NCBI RefSeq assembly: GCF_006345805.1
Contig: NC_043012.1
Span: 41,354,001-41,418,000, forward strand
From: Octopus sinensis
Lineage: Eukaryota
DNA length: 64,000 bases
Direction of reading: 5' to 3'
The first letter of the stretch is position 1. Every line of letters begins with the position of its first letter. The position numbers were made by a program, and so were the translations under genes. Positions 1 to 14,299 of the stretch are shown here, piece after piece. The notes under the pieces were generated by a model. It had not been told where the DNA came from and did no database searches. It saw only the letters and a list, made by a program, of their open reading frames with translations.

Positions 1-600
1 GGCGTGATGTTAATAACTCACAAACATATTTCTCCTCATGAATTTTGAGGACTAAAAGTGTAGCAGATTCAGATTTTCAGAGAGAATATGTACTTTCAAG
101 TCTTTTTCAAAATTGTTGCTGTTTGAAGTAAAATGTGCGGTAAGTTCTGTCGAATTACTGTTATTGTGCCTCACGTTATATCTGTGCCCATAGAATATTT
201 CGTGTAACTGTTGTGTTGTACAACTAACATAAATCAAGTTGCATTTGGTGCATTCTGCTGCGTTCACCAAATGGGAATCGTTACGTGTCCCACCTTCCGT
301 ATAAATCATAACATTTCTGTTATGATTCATGATGGAATTCACTTGACTCATATTATTGCACAATGAACAGGGCTTTATTCTCTTCAGGCTGTTTTTCAAG
401 GTAAAGCGTGCAGAATCTTCAATATGAGTTTTCTTGGAGTCAGAAGTAGTTCTCTTATATTGTTTATTCCTTCGAAAGACAACTATAGGCGGCTGAGGAA
501 ATATTTGTTTGAAACCAAGATATTTTTCCACAACATGCTGGTAACTTTCGTGTAACAGTTTTGAAATATCAACGAAATTTTAGTGCCAGTTAATCACTCG
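1..600 (-). mobile_element. Penelope-like element (PLE) remnant, GIY-YIG endonuclease region
   Basis: ORF 52..531 has PPIVVFRRNK, a CxxC (CSLC), then CTKCNLIYVSCTTQQLHEIFYGHRYNV...LTAHF...DLKVHIL. This is a degenerate match to the PLE GIY-YIG pattern C..C...YVG.T...L..R...HR...HF. Confidence 0.75.
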
Positions 601-654
601 AAGAATTTTTTGACATATTGTACTTTTTATTCTTTTATGCTTTTATATTCATAG

Positions 655-1082
655 ACATGATAGAGTAACGCAATATACCGATTGGAAGAGATGTAAACAC
701 TACCAGCTTCCAACTTCAGAAAGATGGTACCAACATAAACCTGAAACTGTGACCGGAAAAGATGATGTAACAGTACTCTGAGACATGCCAGTCAACACCA
801 ATAAAGAAATCAAGGCAAACAGGCCAGACATATTTATGAAAGATATGAAGAATAAGAAATGTTTAATGCTAGATGTGACAGTGCCATCAGAGAGAAATGT
901 GTCCATTAAAGAAGTTGAGAAGTTATTTAAGTACAAAGACCTAGAAATAGAAGTGACCAAGATGTGGGGAATGAAAAGCAGTGAAAATAAGAGCATCACC
1001 ACAAACCACAGCACACACTCAAGGCACACAGTGTTCTGCTTGGTAGTGCAGTGAAAGCACGTGATAAAAATAAGACTACTGA
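655..1082 (+). mobile_element. 3' fragment of an R4/Dong-like non-LTR retrotransposon (restriction-like endonuclease)
   Basis: Translation RVTQYTDWKRCKHYQLPTSERWYQHKPETV...VL*DMPVNTNKEIKANRPDIFMKD...CLMLDVTVP...KEVEKLFKYKDLEIEVTKMW contains the RPD..D..E.K RLE motif. There is a premature stop, and the fragment ends at a (TAA)n tract. Confidence 0.75.
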
Positions 1083-1084
<2 letters not shown>

Positions 1085-1117
<33 letters not shown>

Positions 1118-1118
1118 C

Positions 1119-1149
<31 letters not shown>

Positions 1150-1311
1150 CATTTATTTGCCACAAGGGCGAATGTTTGGGAACAATACAGACATAAATTG
1201 TGTGGGTTTACCTATAATGAAATGATATAAAGGAGAGAACGAAATTAAGTATACAAGGTATAAACTGAAAAAGAAGGGACATATGCATAGCATACAAAGG
1301 TTTAAATAATA

Positions 1312-1358
<47 letters not shown>

Positions 1359-1429
1359 TAATGATGATGATGATGATGATGATAATAATAATAATGATGA
1401 TGATGATGATGATAATAATAATAATAATG

Positions 1430-1472
<43 letters not shown>

Positions 1473-1550
1473 TGATGATAATAATAATAATAATGTTGAT
1501 GATGATAATGATGATAATGATAATAATAATAATAATAAGAAGAAGAAGAA

Positions 1551-1599
<49 letters not shown>

Positions 1600-1607
1600 T
1601 AATGATG

Positions 1608-1679
<72 letters not shown>

Positions 1680-1737
1680 TGATGATAATAATAATAATAA
1701 TAATATAATAATAATAATAATAATAATGATGATGATG

Positions 1738-1777
<40 letters not shown>

Positions 1778-1802
1778 TAATAATAATATAATAATAATAA
1801 TA

Positions 1803-1840
<38 letters not shown>

Positions 1841-1851
1841 TGATGATGATG

Positions 1852-1903
<52 letters not shown>

Positions 1904-1930
1904 TAATAATAATAATAATAATAATAATAA
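1085..1930. repeat. Long (TAA)n/(TGA)n microsatellite, interrupted by a short unique segment (~1150-1300)
   Basis: Trinucleotide runs visible directly. Confidence 0.95.
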
Positions 1931-2404
1931 TCTTGGTATAAAAGATGGGCTACAGCAAATATTCTGATCAATACCACAGATTTGCTTGTCAGTTGTTTGA
2001 CCTTAACCAGTTGAGCATGTCCCTTAGTGGCTGACGATATGTGCATCTCTGATCACGAGCAGAAGTAGTGGGGGAGCATCATAGCCATGTGTTGAGAGGG
2101 ATTCTTTGGGGTTTGAATAGTTCACCTCTGGAAACATGGGTGGTTCTTTCAACATCCTTAAACAACCCTTATTCAGGGACCGTTTGAGCGGGATGGGCTA
2201 CTCAACCTGAAGACAATTCTAACTGGGCCCCACCTGCAAGGTCATGTGCTGTTTATCTTGATATGAGATCACCATGTCGCGCACATATGGTTGTGATGCA
2301 TGTGCCTGGTGTACCTTTATCAGACGGGTAGTCATGATGGGTATATTGGGCTTCGTATATTTTACCCCAGTGTCACTTTGATGGCATGAACTGCTCTCTC
2401 ACTC
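1928..2404. mobile_element. ~480-bp interspersed repeat flanked by (TAA)n, copy 1
   Basis: A reverse-complement copy lies at 51701-52140 (for example CACCATGTCGCGCACATATGGTTGTGATGCATGTGCCTGGTGTACC). It is non-coding and has TAA tracts on both sides. Confidence 0.8.
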
Positions 2405-2435
2405 AATAATAATAATAATAATAATAATAATGATA

Positions 2436-2585
2436 ATAGTGGTTTCAAATTTTGGTACAAGGCCACTATTTTAATGGGAAGGTCTCAGTGAATTACATCG
2501 ACCACAGCGTTCAACAAGAGCTAATTTTAAGACAAAGTTGACATCGGTGAAATTTGAACTCAGGACGGAAAGATGGACGAAATGC
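2436..2585 (-). mobile_element. Degenerate CORE-type SINE fragment
   Basis: AAAGTTGACATCGGTGAAATTTGAACTCAG matches the reverse complement of the SINE at 30728-31145. Confidence 0.6.
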
Positions 2586-2599
2586 TTGTATATATATGT

Positions 2600-2700
2600 A
2601 TACATATGTGTATTCTTTATTTAAAAGCAGCAGAAATATCACAAAAACTGTTAATTAGAGTTTCACGTCGCCGTTCGTCGCACAGTTTTGTTAGAATGGA
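2600..2700 (-). repeat. Degenerate copy of the hammerhead-like short repeat also present at 19165-19522
   Basis: Shares TTTATTTAAAAGCAGCAGAAA...AACTGTT...GAGTTTCACGT.GCCGTTC.TC.CACAGTTTT with 19367-19445. Confidence 0.6.
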
Positions 2701-4889
2701 ACCTATGTATGTATATATGTTTGTATATAAGTGTGTGTGTGTGTTTATCCTTGCGTGCGTGTGTGTGTCTCTGTGTGTTTGTGTACATGTATGCATGTAT
2801 GTATTTTAATTTTACATGTCCATACGTGCTGACGTGTATGCACGTGTTTTTATGTCTTCTTGCAGCTTAATATATGTGTTGTTAATACGTTTATTGCCAT
2901 ATATATATATATATATACATACGCCATTTTATATCTGCGTAAGGATGTATGTTAAACACGACGGAGATCGCCCATAGTTTGTCTGCTGCTCTTCCTACAC
3001 CCCTTTACTCTATTCTATCCATTCTCATAATTCATGGTTTCCCCTCTTCCTGTCGTCCCTCCCACTTCACCTCCTATTAACACTCTGTGTCATCAAACTT
3101 TTCTAATAAAATGTCCAAAATATTTTAGTTCCATCTATTTGATGTTGTCGCATGAAATTTCCTTCGTTCTCGCCATTCTTTGTACCTCAACATTAGTTTA
3201 GTTTTTTTTTTGTTTTGTATTTGCTTTCAGTTTTGACCAGGATATCCTCAAAGATCATCCATACAGTCTCATCTCAAACGTCTCTAATCTTCAATGTACT
3301 ATTTTGTTAACGTCCATGATTTTTCTCCATACACTTGACTGCCTCAAGCACAGAATTTCAATATTCTTTATTCAGTCTCAATATTAATATTTCTTCGTCT
3401 TATGTCAGTTGTATTATTTTATTTATTTATTTATTGACATTTTTCTCATCATTTCAATCCTCAAGACATTTTCATTATTTTAGCTCACTTTATCTCCCCC
3501 CTTCATCGCAATTCCTCTGCGCCTCAAATTTCATTAAATCTCAGAAACACACCGTCATCTCTTATCTTGATTTTAAATTCACCACACATCGGCTCTCATT
3601 TTGTCTTCTCTGACCGCTACCACGTCTTTCACAATCGCCCCCTCCAGGATGTTCACACATTTCTTTCTCATCTTAAGAATTGTACATAATTACAATATAT
3701 ACAGATAAATATACATAAAATTATACATATACATATATATATATGTGCGCTTGCTCGTGTGTGATTTGTGTAAATATATATGTACTTGCCTTTCAATTGA
3801 TATAATGGGCAATCGTGTGTTGGAGCAAAAACTACTGTAGCGTACAAGATACATATTAGCCATTGAAGAACGAACAAAATCTGTTGACTTGAATTAAGCA
3901 TTTATTATTTGATGTCAAAATTTTCGTCGCACCAACTACGATCTCGTCATTGACATGGTTCCACAGGAAACTGCTGTGTGTGTTAATGTCTGTGTGTGCA
4001 TTCGTATGTATGTCTGTGTGTATGTGTGTATGTGTTTTGTGAAGAAAGACAAATGTACGAAACGTATTTTTAACTCCTTTCGGCAAGCCCAATATTATAT
4101 TTTTATGGCAAATATTTCTCGTGTTAACCTATCTCTATGTATGCTACATGACTCCCTGACTACCATTTATCTGCATACACTCAAGAAATCTCATTTTCTC
4201 CCTACAACCCTTCCGCATGGGCATAAGCGACTTTTAAAAAATGACACTACTATAAGGCCCATATGATAATATTGTTATCAATCTTTAACTTAATTATTTT
4301 CTAAATAATTAGAACTATTATTCTAAAAATGTAGGAGAGAAACCAGAAGATTAGGAGCGGGCAAAGAAATCTGTTACTTTTTATGTGAAGTTGTATCCAA
4401 ATACCCCAAGGTGAACTGCTCTGCTGTTGAGAACTCCATCTATTTAATTCAAGATTGTTGTTTCCCTTTTGATCAGTGCCAACCCGCAGCTTTTTGACTA
4501 CAGTAATTCGTCGGTCGACGTTGTCATCAATGTTTTGGTCTGTTGTGGCCGATAAAAGAAATCTACTGAGCTTTCCAAACGTTTGCAAACAGGTGAGGAA
4601 AGCAATCGGTGGATTACATTTCACTAAGAAATTATTAAAGACAACCCAGGAGATATCTAAAACTCAATTATCGCAAAAGTAATTTACATCTTGAGCGTAA
4701 TCTAAGAAAAGTGAATTTAATTATTATTCGACCAATATGCTAACGTTTAATTACAAAGCATGATTTCATGGGAAATTCCTTGGAAAACCGAATACTGAAT
4801 ATTCTTTGCAATATTTTCCTGTATTAGATGCATACACATACACACACACACAACACACACCACACACATATATATATATATATATATAT

Positions 4890-4938
<49 letters not shown>

Positions 4939-5599
4939 ATATATATAGTGTATATATATTGGATATATATATGTGTGTGTGTGCATATATGTATATAAAT
5001 GTATGTATGTAAGTATGTATGTATTATATAATATATAGTATGTATATACGCAAATATTGCTGTGTGCGTAAAATGGGATAGGGACCCCGGTACCCGAATC
5101 GAGGCGTAGGAAACATTATCACTGGTGTAGAGAAAACAACTACAGCTGTACTCCGATTCGATTGGGAAATCTTGGGTTAGCGTCGAAGGATTTCGTGTAA
5201 GATTCTAAAGTATATTAGTATCGTATAAAACATAATAAAGAATTGATAATTATACAGCTTAATTAAACTGTTCGAATATATTAGGTTGACACACCTATTT
5301 CTGTGAAATAAGCGCCTGTGAGTCGTAAAACACCTACAAAAGAGAAACACGTGAAATATTTGTACTGGAAAATTTTAATTAGTTCAACATTGTTTCTAAT
5401 GTCTCCTTACACACATACACACACACAACAACACACACACATATATATATATATACACACATATATAAACATTCAACAAACACACACACACACATGCGCT
5501 CATGCATACACACACAGACACACACACACACACATATATGCATATACTCTCACACACACGCACACACATATGTATATGTCTGTGTATGAATTTGTAAGA

Positions 5600-5978
5600 G
5601 GAGGCGCAATGGTCCAGCGGTTAGGGCAGCGGACTCGCGGTCGTAGGATCGCGGTTTCGATTCCCAGACCGGGCGTTGTGAGTGTTTATTGAGCGAAAAC
5701 ACCTAAAGCTCCTCGAGGCTCCGGCAGGGGATGGTGGTGATCCCTGCTGTACTCTTTCACCACAACTTTCTCTCACTCTTACTTCCTGTTTCTGTTGTAC
5801 CTGTATTTCAAAGGACCGGCCTTGTCACTCTCTGTGTCACGCTGAATATCCTCGAGAACTACGTTAAGGGTGCACGTGTCTGTGGAGTGCTCAGCCACTT
5901 ACACGTTAATTTCACGAGCAGGCTGTTCCATTGGTCGGATCAACCGGAACCCTCATCGTCGTAACCGACGGAGTGCTT
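5600..5978 (+). mobile_element. tRNA-derived SINE, family B (GAGGCGCAATGG head)
   Basis: A-box-like TGGTCCAGCGGTTAGG and B-box-like GGTTTCGATTCCC. A second full copy lies at 43472-43845. Confidence 0.85.
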
Positions 5979-6149
5979 CCATGAATTTGTAAATCAATGT
6001 TTGCCTGTATATGTGCGAGTGCAGGTATGTGTGTAAGTGGTGTGCGCGTGTGTGTGCGTATATGTGTTTATTTCTTACTAGATAAAAGCAAAGTAACAAA
6101 AAACAAATCGTCGTAGCCACAAACTAGTTAACAAGACTTCTTTTGTCTC

Positions 6150-6290
6150 TCAGCGCTCACGGTTCAAATTCAGCCGAGCGCTCGTCCTTGCCTTTCCCTT
6201 TCATAGATTCAGTAAAATAAACAGCAATCGAGCAACGGTGATCGATGCAATCGACGTCCTTTTCTTGAACTTGTGCAAAAAAATTAGAAA
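6150..6290 (+). mobile_element. Degenerate CORE-type SINE fragment
   Basis: GGTTCAAATTCAGCCGAG...GCCTTTCCCTTTC...TCGATGCAATCGAC is similar to 30800-30900. Confidence 0.55.
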
Positions 6291-6635
6291 GAGTTTATTT
6301 ATACTAGACATGATTAACTTTAAAAAATGCGAACTCCTTTGATATGCACGAGGTATGTATCATACAGGATACATATTTTAAATGAGAGGATTGAATGTAG
6401 AATTCCTGATTTTTTTGACTGGCCAACTCTATTCCAGGCAAGACTTATCAGACAGTCTGTGGAGAAGATAATTAGGTAATTGCAAGGAATATCTCTGTTC
6501 TCAATACAGTTACGAATACAGGCTGCATAGGTTATTCGTATGTGTATATGTATGTTTATGTATGTATATGTATTTATATGGGTACACACACATATCACGT
6601 ATATATAGGCATATGTACCAACATACATAAATATG

Positions 6636-6686
<51 letters not shown>

Positions 6687-7627
6687 ATGTATATATGTAT
6701 GTACACATACACATAGATGCGTGCACATATGCGATATAAACGTATATGTATGTGTGTGTGTGTGCACGTTTGTAGTGATATATGTGTGCATATATGTGTA
6801 TGCACACAACATAAAAAAACACACAGTGTGATATTTCTATGACTGCGAGTCATGCGTGCCACCACCTTACAGCAATATTTTAAACATAGAAGCACACGTA
6901 AAATCGCTGTTGCATATCTTGATTTCGAAGAAAAATCTAAATTTAAAATTTTTGTGAAACACCTTATGGCATAAAACACATGAATATTTATCTAAATGAA
7001 GAGAGAAATAGATTAATTGGTCACAGTTCTTTGTTTTACGAGTTTATCGACTTCTGTCAGCATTTTAAAAGAAATTCAACGATTTTAGAATGTTATCACT
7101 ATTGTACGAATAATATTTGTATTCATCCCCCCCCTCTCTTTGTATTGGATCCAATGGTAGATGAGTGCATTTTAAACTTGTTTTCTCATTTGCATAGCTC
7201 TCTCTCTTTTTTATTAGATTTGCAATATTTTCATAAGTTTCCCATCTTTTGAAAATTCTAAAATATACAAAAGTATGCAGTTATTCCGTTGAGGATTCTT
7301 CCGTTCGTGTCTCAGCGCCATCTATTTTGTTTGATAACCATTCTCATCATAAGTAACTGACTGCGAGGAAATAAATTTTGAATGTATACATCCCTGAAGT
7401 CCATCGAATATAAACCCCACAATTCTTTGTTAAAACTCGTCGTCTAATCGAAATATTTTCGAGATCTACAGAGACTTTACTAATTTCTGTCTGCCCACAC
7501 AATTTTGGTTAAAGAAAATATATTTGCAACATTGGTTGAAAGATAATTTTCTTCCCCGAGTAACTTAAGATTTATAGCAGTTTCCCAAGCAATCCTATTT
7601 AAGTATGTCTTTAATTTCAGCATCATC

Positions 7628-7790
7628 ATAGGTGCCAACATGGCTGTGTGGATAAGAAGCTCTCCACTGCGTCATCAATTATGACTGCGAAGAGGTTTGT
7701 GCATTAGTTTTCTACTACAGCACTGCCCGGACGACCTTAGCCTTGTGAGTGAATTTACCAGAAGGAAACTGTGAAAGCCCTTTGTATATT
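7628..7790 (+). mobile_element. 5' fragment of family A SINE
   Basis: GGCTGTGTGGATAAGAAGC...GCCTTGTGAGTGAATTT...GGAAACTGTGAAAGCCC matches the reverse complement of the family A copies. Confidence 0.55.
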
Positions 7791-8879
7791 CCCCCTTCCA
7801 CACACACACACACTTACACACACATGGATTGCGAGAATCATGTGTCGATCACAGTAAGCTCCTCGTGTGGACTCGGCTATCTGTTTCCATAGTAATCAAA
7901 TATATACTAGTGTAATGTAAAGTGTTCATACAATTAAAAATCTAGAAAATTATTCTGTGAGGATTATATATAAGCATAAGCCCAGGAAGTATGAGAGGTG
8001 AATATAGATTCATTTAACCACGTGACTTCCATAGGGTTACGGCTGTTTCGAAGCGTTCGAAAGGTAGAAATACGTACTTTGGAATTATACAGATATGGCT
8101 TCTCACTCGCGCTCACCCCGTCCTTTCTCTCACTCTCTCGCTATACATTTCCGTGTATATATTCTTGTATAGATGTGTTTCTATGATGTGTGTATACGCG
8201 TGCGTATATTTGGCTTATTGCAAATTAATGCTCTCTATGATTAGCAGATTGAGGTGTGCTTGATGTGACTGTAAGCTTCTTGAAAACATCCGATTCGTTT
8301 TATGTGTTTTGTTATCTTAGTTGATTTCCCACGGATATTTGTTGCAGAACACGATGTCCTGTTAATGATTTAACCTTATTTGAATGAAGCAGTCATCCAT
8401 GAATTCTGTACAAAATTTATATCACAAACCACTCTGTCCCTTGCCTATGTAATTACTTCGGCAATTTTTGCTTATATCATTTTTCTTATATTATTATATC
8501 ATTTTATTTTTAGTTTATGTGTTGCTCCATTTTTCTTGTTATTTCGTCGTTTTGCTTGAATAGAGAATAGCCTCTTAGTTTTGCTTGAATCGAGGATGGT
8601 GGGCCTCTTAGTTTCTCTTTAGGAATTTATTTTAATTGATATGAGAGTATACATGCGAGAGGAATATTTTCCCATAATAACAGTCACAATATATTTTTGC
8701 GATGAAGTTTACCTTTCACTGACCAAATTAATATAGTTTTATTCAGGTCGACTAAATCCATTAAGGCCGTGCTCGAGTAAGACCACGGTCCAGTGACTGA
8801 TACAACATAACACCCATCTGGTAATTTTCTTTATGAATCAAGGGATATCTAACCGTTGTTCGATCAATCTGTCGTGTAT

Positions 8880-9190
8880 ATTACATAAACTTGGCACGAC
8901 GTGCGTTCCAGTTCATCGGATCAACTGAACAGCCTGCGCGTGAAATTAACGTAAAAGAGGCTGAATACTCCGCAGACACACGCACCTTGAACGTAGTTCT
9001 CAAAGGGATTCGGTGACATACAAAACCTGGCACATTTAATCACAGGTACAACTCATGTTGCTAGCTGGGTGAACCGGAGCAATGTGAAATAAAGTGTTTT
9101 GCTCAAGGACACAAGGCACCGCTAAGAATCGAACTCAGGACCTTATGATCGTGTGCTGCATACGATAACTATCAAGCCACGCACCTTGGT
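8880..9190 (-). mobile_element. tRNA-derived SINE, family B body with an alternative head
   Basis: Reverse complement of 35493-35822 (GCTCAAGGACACAA, GAATCGAACT, ATTAACGT, CGTAGTTCTC). Confidence 0.65.
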
Positions 9191-9727
9191 CACCGTATCG
9201 TCATATCAATATAGATCCCAGAACGTTTACAAAACCTAAAGAGCCACGTAAAATATGTTTCATGTGTTCGCTTTTCGTTTTCAATTTCTCCTTTCCGTTT
9301 TGTTTAGATAACTGGAAGCGATTCCAACCTTTTCTAAAGAATTATAGACTTTCTTTACAAGAGAAAAATCGAATTCTTATACATTGCGCAAAAGTTGATA
9401 CAAAACTAGCGATCACACAAAATCAAAAACCGCAATATTCAAATGCACCACGTTCAAGCAGCTTTTTCAGCCACATAGGAACACAAATGCACAGTCATTA
9501 AATTTTACACAATGTAAATTCATACAAGGACACACACATACAACACAAACACACACAACCATGCACATATTTTTTATTCAATTTAGTATAAAACAGCCGG
9601 ATTTTAGGACTCGATGTGCTTAAAGATTTTATTTTAAAGAAAAACCAATATGTCAGTACATAGCATTATGTCAATGCGGTGACCGCCTGGCCAAGACGCG
9701 ATTGTCTTTTTCTTTTCCCTCGTCTAT

Positions 9728-9765
9728 TCTTTCTGAAGAAGAGCGTATGATCGAAATGTAAAAGA
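9728..9765 (+). ncRNA. Minimal type-I hammerhead-ribozyme-like motif (mutated copy)
   Basis: TCTTT-CTGAAGA-A-GAGC-gtat-GATC-GAAA-TGTA-AAAGA: 5-bp stem I, both core boxes present, one stem II mismatch, and GAAAT in place of GAAAC. Confidence 0.5.
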
Positions 9766-9863
9766 CTTTTAAATTTCATGAGTATAAACCTAATATATCA
9801 TGGTTACTTTTGGGTTTTTTAGCCACACTTTTTACCTAGATACACACACACACACACACACCA

Positions 9864-9908
<45 letters not shown>

Positions 9909-9991
9909 AAATATCGACATCATGTTCATGAGAACGAAATGTTTTCGAAATGGTGGGGTATACATACACATACGTATACATATACGATACA

Positions 9992-10027
<36 letters not shown>

Positions 10028-10199
10028 CACACGCACATGACACACACAAACACACACACACACATAACACACACACACAACAACATATATATATATATAT
10101 ATAATATAATATGTATATATGTATATATACATACATTCATATATATAATCAAGACACAATGAAGAAGAATAGAAAATTATACATCTTCAAAACTAGTTT

Positions 10200-10500
10200 A
10201 TTATTGTTCTCGTTAAATTCATATTTGATTAAAATTGGGTTGGAACAGCTTGTAAATATGAGACAGGAAGCAGATGGAACGATAGTTCTTAAGATCTTCC
10301 TTATTAGCCTTCTTGTACAGAAGGATCGTATTCGACTCTTTCCATTGGAAAGGTATTCCCCCATCCTCTAGTTAGGGGTTGAAGCATAGAGCGAGGATTT
10401 TCCGCAGCTGCTCTCCGCCGACCTGCAGCATGGTAGATGCAATCCCATCTTTTTCCGGTACTTTCCCTATTGTTTTGCGCATTCTATTTTATAATGCACA
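10200..10500 (-). mobile_element. RTE-clade LINE reverse-transcriptase fragment (degraded)
   Basis: Hand translation of the minus strand gives GKVPEKDGIASTMLQVGGEQLRKILALCFNP*LEDGGIP..QWKESNTILLYKKANKEDLKNYRSICFLSHIYKLF, the typical RT N-terminal NYRPI.LLS..YK.F block. Confidence 0.8.
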
Positions 10501-11678
10501 GTTGTACCGGCCGACAGAGGGAACAAGTGCCACAGTAGGAATGCCTTCGACATGCTTTTTCAAACCCTCCAACTGAATGGCACCCCTTTCCATAGGATGC
10601 TCATGTCCTGTTGTGAAAAATAACCGTATCCAAACTTACAAGGGTTGATTCCTGTGAGTACGCTGTTGGCTGACTAGGCATTTCTTCTCACAAATCACAC
10701 ACATAAAAAGCGACGCTCCGTTTCCCACGCGTTATTTCTTTCTCTTGATCTCCTGCTTCATTCTCTCCCTTTGAAACTTGGACCAACCCCCGTGAAATAT
10801 TTTACTCCATCCCTCTCGGTCTTGCACTCTCCCAATCAAAATACATACATATACCTGTATATCACTTTCTCTATCTATCTGTGCGTGCATGTGCGTGTAT
10901 AATGGGAAGGCGTATGATAGATGAGGATGTACTTTTAAAGGTGATGAGGAGGTGGCAGAAGGGAGCAGGATAGTTCCTGCCTTTGTTGGCTGATAAATGA
11001 TTCGCAAGAATAGGAAATAAAGGACCGGCTCGGGAAATATAATCTAAGCCAAAGTTGGGTGGAAAATTAGCATCTGCGTATTATGTACAAACACACACAC
11101 ATGTACACTCAAGCACGCACACAGAGGTACACACATACACACACACACATATATTAAATAATATACAATAGAAAATGAAATTATATATATATATATATAT
11201 ATATAATATATTAATAAGCATTTTCAGTTTTATAGATAACATTTATATATAAACGTATACATAAATATAGAGTACATACATACGAAACATAACATATACA
11301 AAACATACATACATACAGACAGGACATGATTATATATATATATGTATATATATATATAGATATATATATATATATATATATAATATATATATATATTATA
11401 TGATGTATAATTATATATATATATAAATGTATGCGCGTGTATGTGAAGGGATGTGTACATAATGGAAATTATAATTTAAACATGTAACATGTTTATACAA
11501 GTTTACATATGTGAGTGTAAGTCTATATCTATGTATTCGAGTGTGCTTATTTAAACCTATGTATATGTATAAGTATATGTATATCTATGAGCCTGTCTAT
11601 TTACCTATACACACACACACACACATATAGATAATATATATATATATGCATGTATATATGCATACATACACACAGATA

Positions 11679-11727
<49 letters not shown>

Positions 11728-12225
11728 ATATATATTATATATATATATATATATATGTATGTATATATATTACACATAGTAACGTATCAAATAGTGATAT
11801 CTGTACGTTTGTGTGTGTGTATGTGTGCGTGTGTATGTTTACACGCCTGGTATTATATAATGTACCATAATATAGTATGTATGTAGGCGTGTATTTAATG
11901 CATATAAAGTTGCACGCCAAGGTATACTCACCCATTTGGTACGTATTGAGAGTAAGCGCTTGGAAAGTTTACATAATGTAAATGTAAATAACAATGGCAG
12001 AATAATGTTTACCTTAGGCAAAGCGAGTGATTGATCGCTGTTATTGATCAACAAACTAAATCTTATATTTCATGTGGATGTTATCGATCTACCTCTCATG
12101 TACAACGCGGTCTTTTTGATGTTGATGATACGTGTATGCAAATGAAAATACATATCATATATCTAAATCATATGTCATATATATATATATGTATATATAT
12201 ATGTTAGATATATATATATATATAT

Positions 12226-12257
<32 letters not shown>

Positions 12258-12452
12258 AATAGATAAATATATATATATATATATATATATAGTATGTGGG
12301 TGTATATATGTATATATATATATATATAATACATTTATATAGACATACATATGTGTGTTTTGTGTATGTGTGTGTGTGTGCATGTATGTGTGTACGTATG
12401 TATATATGCATATGAGTGTACACATATAGTATCTAAATAATAATATATATAC

Positions 12453-12486
<34 letters not shown>

Positions 12487-12816
12487 AAGAGGTAGATAGA
12501 TAAGATAGATATATACATATACACACATAACTATAATATATATGTATAATACATGCATGAATTAAATGAATATAAATATATATTCACACGCATAACTTAC
12601 ATTCATACCTATACGCACACAGACATACGATATTCAGGATCATATTGAAAATTAAACATACGTGGATATATGCATCCTAGAATAAATGAGTATATAAATG
12701 TTATTAAAATCTAAAACGACTGAAAACTACTCTGCATATGATGTAAAAATAACGCCGGATAATAGGGGAGAGGGGGTGCTATGAAAAAACAACGACACAA
12801 AATAATATACATAATG

Positions 12817-12849
<33 letters not shown>

Positions 12850-13138
12850 TAATAATAATAATAACGATAATAATAGAGTAGTAGTGGTGGTGGTGGTGGT
12901 GGTGGTGGTGGTGTGGTGGTGGTGGTGGCGATAAAAATAGTGCCGGAAAAATCTAGAGAAGGAAATGGATATTGGCAAAAGAAGCATTTTCGGTTCTACT
13001 TTAGAACCTGTGGCATCAATCGATGTTAAAGGTATTTGCTGCCATACATTGGCATACATTTGCACATGCATATATAGATATAAACGTGCATATCAAATAT
13101 GCATATACAAGAATCTATATGTGTGTGTATACATATAT

Positions 13139-13178
<40 letters not shown>

Positions 13179-13641
13179 TATACATATGTATGTATACATG
13201 ATTACAGTGCTAGATACACATAAGTATACATGAATATTTTCATTTGCATATATATATGTGTGTGTGGGTGTACATATATTCATATAAATATGTATTTCTG
13301 TATGCGTATCAATGTGTGACAAGCATACAAAATGGAGGGCGACAGAATGGAGTAGACAGGTGGATAGATGGATATATAAACCCACTGGAGGATACATATC
13401 TGTGTATGCTGCACACACACACAGGCACACATATATCTATATATGTATAAATACATATACACACATACACACGCACATACACATACATATGCATATATAT
13501 ATGTTATATATATATATATGTACATTCATACACTGACTGTGTGTGCTATACACACACAGGCACACATATATGTATATATGTATATATACATATACACAGA
13601 CCCACATATACACATATACATATATATATATATACATATGC

Positions 13642-13683
<42 letters not shown>

Positions 13684-14299
13684 ATTCATACATACACACA
13701 AATACACACACACTTACATATGTGATTGTATGCATGTATGCACCTACGTATATAGACATGTACGTATGTATATACAAGCTGACTCACACACACGTTAGCA
13801 GAAATATTTTAATAGATACCTCGAGGTGATAAGCGAATATTCAATGCAGCTTGTAGTTATTCTACATGGAACTATTGCAGTATTTAATTCTTCAACCTTA
13901 TACGATATTTCCCGAAGAATCGATAAATATACACTAATTTCTTTTTATACGCATATTTTCTAAAATACATTACAAAATATGAAACGTATTAACATAAGGA
14001 ACGCCGATAGCAATGTGAAAAAAGATGAATTATTATGCAAATCGGAAAATCCTATGCACGAAACAGCAAAGGGGAAATTGCTAAAGAATAATGTAAATAA
14101 AATTATACATATTTATACATATAGTAATGAAAATAATAATGATTATAATTATAATGACGTTTGTGGTGGTGATGGTAGTAAAAGTAGTAGTAGCTTGGTT
14201 AGCAATACTAACAACACACAATATATACAAATGTGTATGAATATTTGTGTATGCATATTAATGCACAAATATTTGCAATAATATACGGATATATATATA

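Noticed and set aside
5600-5680. tRNA genes at SINE heads (also 30730, 35493, 43472)
   Set aside because: Only A/B-box-like remnants are present, without a complete cloverleaf, and each continues into a repeated SINE body.
6320-7560. Possible retroelement coding remnant interrupted by microsatellite
   Set aside because: No diagnostic motif could be read with confidence by hand. A translated search against repeat proteins would be needed.
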